NCBI GenBank assembly: GCA_021811005.1
Contig: JAJZPY010000001.1
Location: forward strand, 1-44,423
From: Pseudomonadota bacterium
GTDB taxonomy: Bacteria; Pseudomonadota; Gammaproteobacteria; Burkholderiales; Ferrovaceae
DNA length: 44,423 nt
Direction: 5' to 3'
The position numbers were made by a program, and so were the translations under genes. Shown in pieces: positions 23,604-36,064 of the stretch (the stretch's first letter is position 1; each line of letters starts with the position of its first letter). The notes under the pieces are model-generated. The model was not told the origin of the DNA. It did not search any database and saw only the letters and a program-made list of their open reading frames with translations.

Positions 23604-23813
23604 TCAGGGAACGGGATCGTAACCGCCGGGATGCCAGGGATGGCACCGGCACAGACGCTTCACGGCCATGGTGCCGCCTTTGGCGACGCCATAACGGCCA
23701 ACGGCCTCGGAAGCGTATTGGGAACAACTGGGCTCAAACCGGCAGGCTGGTCCAAGAAGCGGGCTCAAGCCGAGCTGGTAGAGGCGGATGAGGATTTGAA
23801 CGAGTCGCGACAT
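23604..23813 (-). CDS. yidD: membrane protein insertion efficiency factor YidD
   Basis: 69 aa with the hallmark motif [19 protein letters not shown]. It lies between rnpA and yidC. Confidence 0.9.
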   Translation of the reverse strand: MSRLVQILIRLYQLGLSPLLGPACRFEPSCSQYASEAVGRYGVAKGGTMAVKRLCRCHPWHPGGYDPVP

Positions 23814-24136
23814 TTCTGAATGTTCAGCGCCAGGGTCTCGAATTCTGTCGAAATCAAATCAAAAAGGCCGGAAGCAAAAGGCTTTTTGTGCTGTACGACC
23901 ACATCAAGACCGGCCAAAAGCGTCGAATGGCGCCTGAACAATTCCCGGCTGACGCGTTTCATGTAATTCCGGCCTGCGGCGCTGGGACAAACCTTGCGCC
24001 CAACGATAAGCCCCAAACGGGCCTGCGCCAAACCGTTGGGCCGGGCCATCAGCCGAAGGTGGCTGCCTGAAGCGGCGCAACGTGCACGCAGCACCGCCTC
24101 GAAATCATGGCTGTCGGAAATCTTTCCGAAAACCAC
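23765..24136 (-). CDS. rnpA: ribonuclease P protein component
   Basis: 123 aa with a GTG start 21 nt after the rpmH stop. The RNR-type basic motif is present ([16 protein letters not shown]). The C-terminal 16 codons overlap the yidD start. Confidence 0.88.
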   Translation of the reverse strand: MVFGKISDSHDFEAVLRARCAASGSHLRLMARPNGLAQARLGLIVGRKVCPSAAGRNYMKRVSRELFRRHSTLLAGLDVVVQHKKPFASGLFDLISTEFETLALNIQKCRDSFKSSSASTSSA

Positions 24137-24157
24137 CGACGATTTCAGAAAGCGGCT

Positions 24158-24292
24158 TTAAACGGCCAGACGTGCGCGGCCACGGGCACGACGTGCGTTG
24201 ATGACGGCACGGCCACCACGGGTTTTCATCCGGGCACGGAATCCGTGGGTACGTTTTCTCTTGGTCACCGACGGCTGGTAGGTACGCTTCAT
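24158..24292 (-). CDS. rpmH: 50S ribosomal protein L34
   Basis: This ORF is not in the ORF track because it is under 60 aa. My own translation of the - strand gives [44 protein letters not shown] (44 aa), unmistakably L34. Confidence 0.95.
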   Translation of the reverse strand: MKRTYQPSVTKRKRTHGFRARMKTRGGRAVINARRARGRARLAV

Positions 24293-24363
24293 GATCAGAT
24301 TCTCAGGCCAATTGACGGAACCCGCGATTTAACCCCGAAACGGGTTGATAAGTCAAGAAAAAT

Positions 24364-24432
24364 ATATCCACACAAGCCCAGTCAATACAGTGGATAAGTT
24401 ATCCATTGAAGACTAGAATCGCTGGTGGATAA
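24364..24432. promoter_or_regulatory. cluster of four DnaA-box-like 9-mers in the rpmH-dnaA divergent gap
   Basis: The four 9-mers are ATATCCACA (24364-24372), AGTGGATAA (24389-24397), TTATCCATT (24399-24407) and GGTGGATAA (24424-24432). Against TTATCCACA/TGTGGATAA they score 8/9, 8/9, 7/9 and 8/9. Confidence 0.6.
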
Positions 24433-24494
24433 GCGCAGTGACTCCACACCGACCACTGAATATATAACCATAAAATCAATATCTTATAAATATA

Positions 24495-25820
24495 ATGGAC
24501 GACTTTTGGAGCAGCACGCTCAGGCAGATCCGCTCGGAGATTCCCGAACAGCAGTTCACTACCTGGATCAAACCGCTGCAAGCGGAAATCCGCGATGACG
24601 GCGTTGTGCTCACGGCACCCAACCGTTTCATCCTGCAGTGGGTGCGCGACCGCTTCCTGCGGCAAATCGAGGAAAGGGCCAAACAAAACGGCATAGCCAG
24701 CATCCGGCTGACCCAGCGGGCCGAGCCACAGCAAAACCTTGTCGAAAAACTGGCTGATGCCCTTCCCGGCCCCGAAGAATCCAGGATTTCCCCCCTGGAG
24801 AAGCACCGCCTCAACCCCAACTTCACATTTTCCACGTTCATCGCCGGTAAAGCCAACCAGCTGGCACGCGCCGCCGCGCTGCAGGTGGCCGAGAACCCCG
24901 GTGCCGCCTATAACCCGCTGTTTGTGTACGGCGGCGTCGGTTTGGGGAAAACCCACCTCATCCAGGCCATTGGAAACCAGATCCTGGAAAGGCAACCGAA
25001 CGCCAAGGTCCGGTACGTGCACGCCGAAAAATACGTTTCTGACGTGGTGCGCGCCTATCAGCACAAGTCGTTCGACAGTTTCAAGCGCTACTACCACTCG
25101 CTCGACCTCCTGATGATCGACGACATCCAGTTTTTTGGGGGAAAGGCCAGAACACAGGAAGAGTTTTTCTTTGCGTTCAATGCGCTGGTCGAGTCACACC
25201 GCCAGGTCATCATCACATGCGACAGCTTTCCCAAAGAGATTGCCGGCATGGAAGAGCGCCTGATATCGCGGTTTGGCTGGGGCCTGACCGTGGCCATCGA
25301 ACCCCCGGAACTCGAAATGCGGGTGGCGATCCTCATCAACAAGGCACGGCTGGAAGGATTGTCGCTGGACGAAGACGTGGCTTTTTTCATCGCCAAGCAC
25401 ATCCGTTCCAACGTGCGCGAACTGGAAGGCGCGCTCAAGCGCGTTCAGGCCTATTCCCGCTTCAAGGGCGATGCCATCTCCCTGCAGTCCACGCGGGAAG
25501 CCCTCAAGGACCTTCTGGCCTTGCAACACCGCCAGATTTCGATTGAAAACATCCAGAAAACAGTGGCCGACTACTACAAAATCAAGGTCGGGGACATGTT
25601 TTCCAAAAAACGCACCCGCGCCCTGGCAAGACCTCGGCAAATGGCCATGGCCCTGGCCAAGGACATCACCAACCTGAGCCTTCCGGACATTGGAGAGGCT
25701 TTTGGTGGTCGCGACCACACCACGGTTCTGCATGCCTGCAGGAAAATGCAGGAACTGTGCGAAACGGACAATACGATTCAACGCGACTTTCTCGCGCTCC
25801 AGCAGATTCTGAACGGTTGA
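24495..25820 (+). CDS. dnaA: chromosomal replication initiator protein DnaA
   Basis: 441 aa with the N-terminus [31 protein letters not shown]+ Walker [11 protein letters not shown], Walker [10 protein letters not shown], and domain IV ([14 protein letters not shown]). Confidence 0.97.
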   Translation: MDDFWSSTLRQIRSEIPEQQFTTWIKPLQAEIRDDGVVLTAPNRFILQWVRDRFLRQIEERAKQNGIASIRLTQRAEPQQNLVEKLADALPGPEESRISPLEKHRLNPNFTFSTFIAGKANQLARAAALQVAENPGAAYNPLFVYGGVGLGKTHLIQAIGNQILERQPNAKVRYVHAEKYVSDVVRAYQHKSFDSFKRYYHSLDLLMIDDIQFFGGKARTQEEFFFAFNALVESHRQVIITCDSFPKEIAGMEERLISRFGWGLTVAIEPPELEMRVAILINKARLEGLSLDEDVAFFIAKHIRSNVRELEGALKRVQAYSRFKGDAISLQSTREALKDLLALQHRQISIENIQKTVADYYKIKVGDMFSKKRTRALARPRQMAMALAKDITNLSLPDIGEAFGGRDHTTVLHACRKMQELCETDNTIQRDFLALQQILNG

Positions 25821-25859
25821 TAACCCTGGAGATATCTCCGGGAAAACATGGGGAACAAA

Positions 25860-25868
25860 TGTGGATAA
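25860..25868. promoter_or_regulatory. perfect DnaA box in the dnaA-dnaN gap
   Basis: TGTGGATAA is the exact reverse complement of TTATCCACA. It lies within a 210-bp AT-rich spacer. Confidence 0.5.
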
Positions 25869-26030
25869 GACGATTCTTTTGTCAAAATTGGAAGATACCC
25901 ACAATTCATCCAGTTATAATTCAACAGTTACCCAAAGCTTTATCCTGTTCGTAGCGCAATGTTTTCATGAAGTTTTTTAAACTTCTCACGTCTTGGGAAC
26001 GTTTCCTATTATCTATTATCAGGGATATCC

Positions 26031-29586
<3,556 letters not shown>

Positions 29587-29623
29587 AGCCGCAGGATCCC
29601 CTTCGGGGAAGTGACGCCACAGC

Positions 29624-30463
29624 GTGCTGTCCATCGTCATTCCGACCTGGAACAACCTTGCGCTGCTCAAGCTGTGCGTGGCGAGCCTGCGCCGCCACAC
29701 CGCCCTGCCCTTCGAAATTGCGCTGCATGTGAACGATGGCAGCGACGGGACCCTGGACTGGGTGCGATCGGAAGGCATTCTGCACACCCATTCGCCGCAG
29801 AATATCGGCATCTGCCACGCGGTCAACCAGGCAGCCGCCTTGTCGGCGCAACCCTACGTGGTTTATCTCAATGACGACATGGTGTGTTGCCCCGGATGGG
29901 ACACGGCGCTCATGGATCGCATCCGCGCTCTGGGCACCGACGCCTTCATGCTGTCGGGAACCATGATCGAGCCAAGGGAAAGCGGAAACCCCTGCGTGAT
30001 TGTGCGCGATTACGGCAGCGGCCCGGAAGACTTCCGGGAGGACGCCTTGCTGCGCGAACTTTCATCGTTGCAAAAGGCGGACTGGTACGGAGCCACCTGG
30101 CCCCCCACCGTGGTTCATCGGAGCTGGTGGGACAAGGTGGGCGGCTATAGCCCCGAGTTTTCTCCGGGGATCAGCAGCGACAACGATTTTTCCATGAAGA
30201 TGTGGATGGCGGGTTGCCGGATTTTTCTGGGAGTGGGCGCCTCGCGCGTCTATCATTTCATGTCCCGTTCCACCGGAAAAGTGGTGCGCAACGATGGCCG
30301 GAAACAGTTTCTTGAAAAGTGGGGGATGACCCAGTCGACGTTCGACCGACACTATCTGCGCCGCGGGCAGCCTGCTCTCCGTGCGGTACTGGGCGACCCC
30401 GAACCTACCCTGCGTTACTTTTGGGACCGCCTGCGAGGGCGGCTTAAACGCCTGGTGAGCTGA
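29624..30463 (+). CDS. family 2 glycosyltransferase (GT-A fold), specificity unknown
   Basis: 279 aa with a GTG start. The N-terminus LSIVIPTWNN is typical of GT2, and a DxD-type motif is present (YLNDDMV). Confidence 0.82.
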   Translation: MLSIVIPTWNNLALLKLCVASLRRHTALPFEIALHVNDGSDGTLDWVRSEGILHTHSPQNIGICHAVNQAAALSAQPYVVYLNDDMVCCPGWDTALMDRIRALGTDAFMLSGTMIEPRESGNPCVIVRDYGSGPEDFREDALLRELSSLQKADWYGATWPPTVVHRSWWDKVGGYSPEFSPGISSDNDFSMKMWMAGCRIFLGVGASRVYHFMSRSTGKVVRNDGRKQFLEKWGMTQSTFDRHYLRRGQPALRAVLGDPEPTLRYFWDRLRGRLKRLVS

Positions 30464-33058
30464 TCAGGCTTTTGCCTTCGTCGTTTTCTTCTTGGCGGCA
30501 GGTTTCTTTTTTGCCGTTGCCGATTTGGCTGCAGTCGATCCGGCCGCCTTTTTGCGAGGGGCGGCCGAAGTCTTTTTGGAGGACGATTTCTTGGCAGGCG
30601 TCGGGGGGCTCTTCAGGGCTTTGGTGGCCAGGAGTTCCAACGCTTCTTCCAGGGTGAATGTCTCGAGATCAGCTCCGGTGGGCAACGTGGCATTCACTTT
30701 GCCATGCTTGACGTAGGGTCCGTAGCGGCCACTGTACAGTCCCACCGGCTGCTGGTCGTCCGGATGGGCGCCCAGCGTGCGCAAGGCGCCCCGCCCTGCA
30801 CTTTTCGGTTCCGCCAGGATTTGGACCGCCCGCTCGAGCGTGATGTCGAAAATGTTGTCGGCCTTGGGAATCGAGCGGAAACCGCCATCGTGCTGGATGT
30901 ACGGGCCAAAGCGCCCGATGTTGACGGTGACTTTTTTGCCGTTGGCAGGATGAGGGCCCAGGTCCCGGGGCAGGGACAGCAGCTTGAATGCGATTTCCGG
31001 CGTGACTTGGTCCGGCATCAGGTTCTTGGGTAACGAAACGCGTTTCGGTTTTTTTCCTTCCGGAGCGCTATCCCCCAGCTGCAGGTAGGGGCCATAGGGG
31101 CCATTCAGAAGCAACATCGACAGACCCGTGTCAGGCGCCGTGCCAATCACCTGGGGTTCGGCCGAACCGCTGCCGCCATCGAGATTCCGCGTGAAATCGC
31201 ACTCCGGATAGCCGCTGCATCCCACGAACTTGCCGCGCCGTCCCAACCGCACGGTGAGCGGCTTGCCGCATTTGGGACAAACTTCGTCGAGCGTTTCCTG
31301 GGTGACTTCGGCGCGCGAAACGGCCGATTTCTCTTCCACCTGGTTGGAAAAATCTTTCCAGAACTGGTCAAGAACCGGAATCCATTCCAGCTTTCCTTCG
31401 GAAATCAGATCCAGCTGGTCTTCAAGGCGGGCCGTGAAATCATAGTCAACATAGCGGGTAAAATGCTCCGTGAGAAACTTGTTGACGACTTCACCCACAT
31501 CGGTCGGCTTGAAGCGTTTTTTGTCGAGAATCACATACTCGCGATGGGTCAGGGTGCTGATGATGCTGGCGTAAGTGGAAGGCCGGCCAATGCCGAACTC
31601 CTCCAGGGCCTTGACCAGGCTGGCTTCGGAATAACGGGGGGGCGGCTGGGTAAAGTGCTGTTCGCCCCAAAGACGGTCGACAGGAAGGACGTCCCCTTCG
31701 GACAGCAGGGGCAGCCGGGCTTCATCATCGGATTCGCCACTGCCCTGCTTTTCGGCAATGTCGTCCTCATCTTCCCGGTAAACCGCAATGAATCCCGGAA
31801 AGACCAGCGTCTGGCCATTGGCCCGAAACAGCGTGCCGGAGTCGCCCATCGCAATGTCGACCGCGACCGTGTCGAACAAGGCCTGGGTCATTTGCGAGGC
31901 CACGGTGCGCTTCCAGATCATTTCGTACAGCCTGAACTGGTCAGCGGTGAGATGCCCCCGAAGGTTGGCGGGTGTTCGCGCAATGGACGTGGGACGGATC
32001 GCCTCGTGCGCTTCCTGCGCGTTTTTTGACTTGTTGGCGTAGAACACCGGGTTCTTGGGAAGATATTCGCTGTCGAAATGTTCCCGGATGTGTTTCCTGA
32101 TGTCCTGCAACGCCTCCTGCGACAGATTGACGGAGTCGGTTCGCATGTACGAAATCAGGCCCACGGCGCCGCCCCCGATGTCGATCCCTTCGTACAGCTG
32201 CTGGGCGACTTTCATGGTGCGATCGGTCGTGAAACCCAGCTTGCGGACGGATTCCTGCTGCAGGGTGGACGTGGTGAAAGGGGCTGCCGCATGGCGTTGA
32301 CGGCGCTTTTTTTCCACCTTCAAGACTTTTGCCGGCTTTCCCGCCAGCGCATTCAGGATTTCTGCCTGGCGGGCTTCGGTGCCCACGCTCAGCTGCTGGA
32401 GTTTCTCCCCGGCGAACTGGATGAGCCGGGCGGAAAAACTCTGGCTGTCCTTGTGACTGTCCAGATGGAGCGTCCAGTATTCGTCGCTTTTAAAGGCGGC
32501 GATCTGGTTTTCTCGTTCCACGATGAGCCGCAGTGCCGGGCTCTGGACGCGGCCGGCAGAAAGTCCGCGGCGAATTTTCTTCCACAGCAGGGGCGAGAGA
32601 TTGAAGCCGACCAGGTAATCCAGCGCACGCCGCGCCTGCTGGGCGTTGACGAGCGGCATGGAAATGTCACGCGGGTGCGCAACCGCTTCCTGTACCGCCT
32701 GCTGGGTGATTTCGTAGAAGGCGACTCGCTGCAGTGACTTGTTTTTAAGGAGTTTTTTTGCTGAAAGAATTTCGCTCAAATGCCACGCAATGGCTTCGCC
32801 TTCGCGATCCGGGTCAGTGGCCAGGTAGATGTGATCCACCTGTTTGACGGCCTTGGCAATGGCATCCACGTGCTTTTCATTGCGCTCCACCAGTTGGTAC
32901 TTCATCGCAAAATGGTTGGCCGTGTCCACCGCTCCGGACTTGGGAACCAGGTCGCGCACGTGACCATAGGAGGCCAGGATTTCGAATCCCGGGCCGAGGT
33001 ATTTTTTCAGAGTTTTCGCCTTGGATGGCGACTCTACGATGAGGAGGCTTTTGGACAC
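30464..33058 (-). CDS. topA: DNA topoisomerase I
   Basis: 864 aa with a GTG start. It has Toprim LLIVESPSKAKT and the active-site Tyr context ISYMRTDS. The C-terminus carries one 4-Cys zinc ribbon, three GPY-type repeats and a Lys/Ala-rich tail. Confidence 0.96.
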   Translation of the reverse strand: MSKSLLIVESPSKAKTLKKYLGPGFEILASYGHVRDLVPKSGAVDTANHFAMKYQLVERNEKHVDAIAKAVKQVDHIYLATDPDREGEAIAWHLSEILSAKKLLKNKSLQRVAFYEITQQAVQEAVAHPRDISMPLVNAQQARRALDYLVGFNLSPLLWKKIRRGLSAGRVQSPALRLIVERENQIAAFKSDEYWTLHLDSHKDSQSFSARLIQFAGEKLQQLSVGTEARQAEILNALAGKPAKVLKVEKKRRQRHAAAPFTTSTLQQESVRKLGFTTDRTMKVAQQLYEGIDIGGGAVGLISYMRTDSVNLSQEALQDIRKHIREHFDSEYLPKNPVFYANKSKNAQEAHEAIRPTSIARTPANLRGHLTADQFRLYEMIWKRTVASQMTQALFDTVAVDIAMGDSGTLFRANGQTLVFPGFIAVYREDEDDIAEKQGSGESDDEARLPLLSEGDVLPVDRLWGEQHFTQPPPRYSEASLVKALEEFGIGRPSTYASIISTLTHREYVILDKKRFKPTDVGEVVNKFLTEHFTRYVDYDFTARLEDQLDLISEGKLEWIPVLDQFWKDFSNQVEEKSAVSRAEVTQETLDEVCPKCGKPLTVRLGRRGKFVGCSGYPECDFTRNLDGGSGSAEPQVIGTAPDTGLSMLLLNGPYGPYLQLGDSAPEGKKPKRVSLPKNLMPDQVTPEIAFKLLSLPRDLGPHPANGKKVTVNIGRFGPYIQHDGGFRSIPKADNIFDITLERAVQILAEPKSAGRGALRTLGAHPDDQQPVGLYSGRYGPYVKHGKVNATLPTGADLETFTLEEALELLATKALKSPPTPAKKSSSKKTSAAPRKKAAGSTAAKSATAKKKPAAKKKTTKAKA

Positions 33059-33067
33059 GGGATAAAA

Positions 33068-33523
33068 CTATTGCAGGATCCAGTCCTGGTAATGAATGAG
33101 CTCTTCCACCAGCAATGCTTCAAGGGAATAACCCTGGCGCCAGAGCACCATCAGCACGATCAGCTTGAGGCGATCCAGATCCACTTCGGGTTCGTCCAGG
33201 GTCATGATCCCGGAAAGAATCAGTTCGCGTTGCGCAGCTGAAAGGATCTGGTTGTTTTCCAGAAACGCGATGAATCCCCAGCCGGCTGCTCCGATGCGTT
33301 CAAATTCCGAAGGTTCGAGACAACGCTGGCAAACGGGGTGAGACAGGTCGGTATCGCGTTCCGCGGGAGAAAGGGGGCTGATGTTTTCCAGCCATGCCAG
33401 GGTTTCTTCAACTTCGTCTTCCCTGAAACCTGCGGCGAAGAGGCGGTTCTGAAGCACGGAATGGGTCGGGTAAATGCCGCTGGCGAAAAAATTTTCGTAA
33501 ACGAAAATGAGAATGTCGACCAT
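33068..33523 (-). CDS. smg: Smg protein (DUF494 family)
   Basis: 151 aa with the N-terminus MVDILIFVYENFF characteristic of Smg. The dprA-smg-topA order is conserved. Confidence 0.88.
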   Translation of the reverse strand: MVDILIFVYENFFASGIYPTHSVLQNRLFAAGFREDEVEETLAWLENISPLSPAERDTDLSHPVCQRCLEPSEFERIGAAGWGFIAFLENNQILSAAQRELILSGIMTLDEPEVDLDRLKLIVLMVLWRQGYSLEALLVEELIHYQDWILQ

Positions 33524-33566
33524 CGAAACCGTTCCTCTCGAGTCAATCCGTTCAGGCCGAGCGTGG

Positions 33567-34550
33567 TCACCTCCGCCTGAAATCCAATCGCTGGTAGCTG
33601 CCGCCAGGCAGTGAGGCCACTTTCCCTTCGAGCTCCAGCGAGGTCAGCATGAGGGATACCTGCCCGGCCGTCAAGCCGGTTCGCAGGCAGAGTTGGTCCG
33701 GAGTGAGGGGAGAATGGGCCAGTTCGCGAAGAATGGGGTCTGACGGGTCTGAGGCTTCATTGCCTTCCGCAACGTCAGGGCGGGCCATGTCGGCGGCAGC
33801 GGTCACCGGCATGCAAAACCGCAGTTCTTCCAGGATGTCGCTGGCGGTTTCCACCAGCTTGGCCCCGTCCCGGAGCAGGCGGTGGCACCCTTTCGAATGC
33901 GGCGAATGAATGGAACCGGGTATCGCAAAGACTTCCCGCCCTTGTTCAAGAGCCGACTGCGCCGTGATGATGGAGCCGCTGGTGAGCGAAGCTTCCACCA
34001 CCAGGCATCCGAACGAAAGGCCTGAAATGATCCGGTTCCGTTTGGGAAAGTGCCATTTCTGGGCAGCGGTTCCCAGCGGAAATTCGGAAACGATGGCCCC
34101 GCGGGACGCGATTTCCCGGGCCAGATCAAGGTTTGACGCCGGATAGACACGATCCGTACCCGTGCCGATGACCGCCACCGTGCTGCCGGGACCCCTCAGG
34201 GCGCCCCGGTGGGCTGCTGCATCAATGCCGACGGCCAGGCCGCTGACCACCGTGATGCCGGACTTGGACAGGGCCTCGGCAAAAGCATCCGCGTCGATGC
34301 AGCCCTGGGTGGTGGCCTGCCGGCTGCCCACGATGGCGACCATGGGGTTGCACAGCAGAGCGGGATCGCCCTTTACGAACAGAAACTCCGGGGCATCGGC
34401 GATTTCACGCAGCAAGGGGGGGTAGGCGGGGTCTTCCTGGACCAGGAAATGGTTTTGCGGCTGGGACAGCCATTGCCGTGTGGCTTCGGCCTGTTCGTGG
34501 TCAAACCACCGACGCAGGGGGTCGGAGTGGGGATCAGGGTCAAGGCGCAA
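33567..34550 (-). CDS. dprA: DNA-processing protein DprA (Smf)
   Basis: 327 aa with a TTG start (the start is uncertain). It has the Rossmann-like core [13 protein letters not shown]...[15 protein letters not shown] and a C-terminal winged-helix-like domain. Confidence 0.88.
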   Translation of the reverse strand: MRLDPDPHSDPLRRWFDHEQAEATRQWLSQPQNHFLVQEDPAYPPLLREIADAPEFLFVKGDPALLCNPMVAIVGSRQATTQGCIDADAFAEALSKSGITVVSGLAVGIDAAAHRGALRGPGSTVAVIGTGTDRVYPASNLDLAREIASRGAIVSEFPLGTAAQKWHFPKRNRIISGLSFGCLVVEASLTSGSIITAQSALEQGREVFAIPGSIHSPHSKGCHRLLRDGAKLVETASDILEELRFCMPVTAAADMARPDVAEGNEASDPSDPILRELAHSPLTPDQLCLRTGLTAGQVSLMLTSLELEGKVASLPGGSYQRLDFRRR

Positions 34551-34622
34551 TGGGGCACTCCGTTGGAGACAGCTATAATAGTATCCTTGGAGCTGAAAAA
34601 TCTGTCAGGCATAGGCAAAATT

Positions 34623-35126
34623 ATGGCGTTACTCCCCATTCTGCATTATCCGGACCCCCGTCTTCATACCCGGGCATCGCCGGTGGCGGAAGTGGATGAT
34701 CGCATCCGCAAGCTGGTGGACGACATGGCGGAAACCATGCGCGCTGCAGTGGGCATCGGGCTGGCCGCCACTCAGGTGAACGTGCATCAACGGGTGATTG
34801 TGCTGGATGTGTCCGAAGAACAGCAGCACCTTCAGGTATTCATCAATCCGCGCCTGGTTTCCAGCGAAGGGCATTCCGAGCGCGAGGAAGGCTGCCTGTC
34901 GGTTCCGGGAATCTATGACCGGGTGACGCGCGCAGAGCGCATTGTGGTGGAGGCCCTGGACCGGGACGGAAAACCGTTTGCCTTGCAGGCCGAGGGGTTG
35001 CTGGCCACCTGCCTGCAACACGAAATGGACCATCTCGACGGCAAGGTGTTTGTGGAATACCTCTCCCAGCTCAAGCAGAACCGGATCAAAACCAAGTTGC
35101 GCAAACGGGCCCGGGAAACGTTGTAA
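34623..35126 (+). CDS. def: peptide deformylase
   Basis: The track ORF (34209-) is an upstream extension running antisense to dprA. The real start is the ATG at 34623 ([14 protein letters not shown]). The three PDF motifs [13 protein letters not shown] and HEMDH are present. Confidence 0.95.
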   Translation: MALLPILHYPDPRLHTRASPVAEVDDRIRKLVDDMAETMRAAVGIGLAATQVNVHQRVIVLDVSEEQQHLQVFINPRLVSSEGHSEREEGCLSVPGIYDRVTRAERIVVEALDRDGKPFALQAEGLLATCLQHEMDHLDGKVFVEYLSQLKQNRIKTKLRKRARETL

Positions 35127-36064
35127 TGCGCCTCGTTTTTGCCGGCACGCCGGAATTTGCAGCGCGCAGCTTGGATGCGTTGATTGCGGCGGGGTATTCC
35201 GTCACGGCCGTCCTGACCCAGCCGGACCGGCCTGTCGGTCGCGGGTTCAAGGTGCTTCCCGGACCCGTGAAGCGCGCCGCCCTGGCCTCCCACGTGCCGG
35301 TCTACCAACCCGATCGCCTCGACACGCCCGAAGTGCGCAACCTCCTTGCCGGCTTTGAAGCGGATGTCCTCGTGGTGTGTGCTTACGGCATGCTGTTGCC
35401 CGCCGCCCTTCTGTCCATTCCCCGCCGGGGGGCCATCAACATCCATGCCTCCCTGCTGCCGCGCTGGCGTGGAGCGGCACCCATACAGCGCGCGATCCAG
35501 TCGGGGGATGCCCAAACCGGCATCAGCATCATGCAGATGGATGCCGGGCTCGATACGGGCGATGTGTTGCTGGAACAGTCCTGCCCCATCCTGCCCATGG
35601 ACACGGCACGCTCGCTGCATGACCGCCTGGCCGACCTGGGGGCGCGCACCATCATCGAGGCGCTGGAAAAGTTGCAAAAAGGCGAGCTGAAGCCTGTTCC
35701 CCAGCCAGAAGAGGGCATTACTTACGCCCACAAGATCACGAAGGCAGAGACGGTTCTGGACTGGTCCAGGGCGGCAGCGCAGCTCGAACGAGACGTTCGG
35801 GCTTTCAATCCGGCCCCGGTATCCCGAACGTTTTTCGGGGGCGAAATGGTCAAGGTATGGGAAGCGGAAGCCTTGCCGCAGGATACGGGCAATGCCGGCC
35901 CGGGAACCGTGTTGTCCCTGGATGAGAAAGGCATTACGGTCGCTTGCGGCGGTGGCGGCCGCCTCCTCCTGAAAATGTTGCAGCGGCCCGGCGGAAAGCC
36001 GATGACGGCCAGTGAATTCGTAAAAGGGTACCCGGTGGCCCCGGGTGACCGCCTGGGGGCATGA
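35126..36064 (+). CDS. fmt: methionyl-tRNA formyltransferase
   Basis: 312 aa. The ATG overlaps the def stop (TAATG). Motifs include [12 protein letters not shown] and HASLLPRWRGAAPIQ. Confidence 0.95.
   Translation: MRLVFAGTPEFAARSLDALIAAGYSVTAVLTQPDRPVGRGFKVLPGPVKRAALASHVPVYQPDRLDTPEVRNLLAGFEADVLVVCAYGMLLPAALLSIPRRGAINIHASLLPRWRGAAPIQRAIQSGDAQTGISIMQMDAGLDTGDVLLEQSCPILPMDTARSLHDRLADLGARTIIEALEKLQKGELKPVPQPEEGITYAHKITKAETVLDWSRAAAQLERDVRAFNPAPVSRTFFGGEMVKVWEAEALPQDTGNAGPGTVLSLDEKGITVACGGGGRLLLKMLQRPGGKPMTASEFVKGYPVAPGDRLGA

Noticed and set aside
24399-25097. 232-aa - strand ORF covering the 5' third of dnaA and ending in the DnaA-box region.
   Set aside because: It is antisense to the highly conserved DnaA N-terminus and AAA+ domain, and its composition is that of a shadow ORF.
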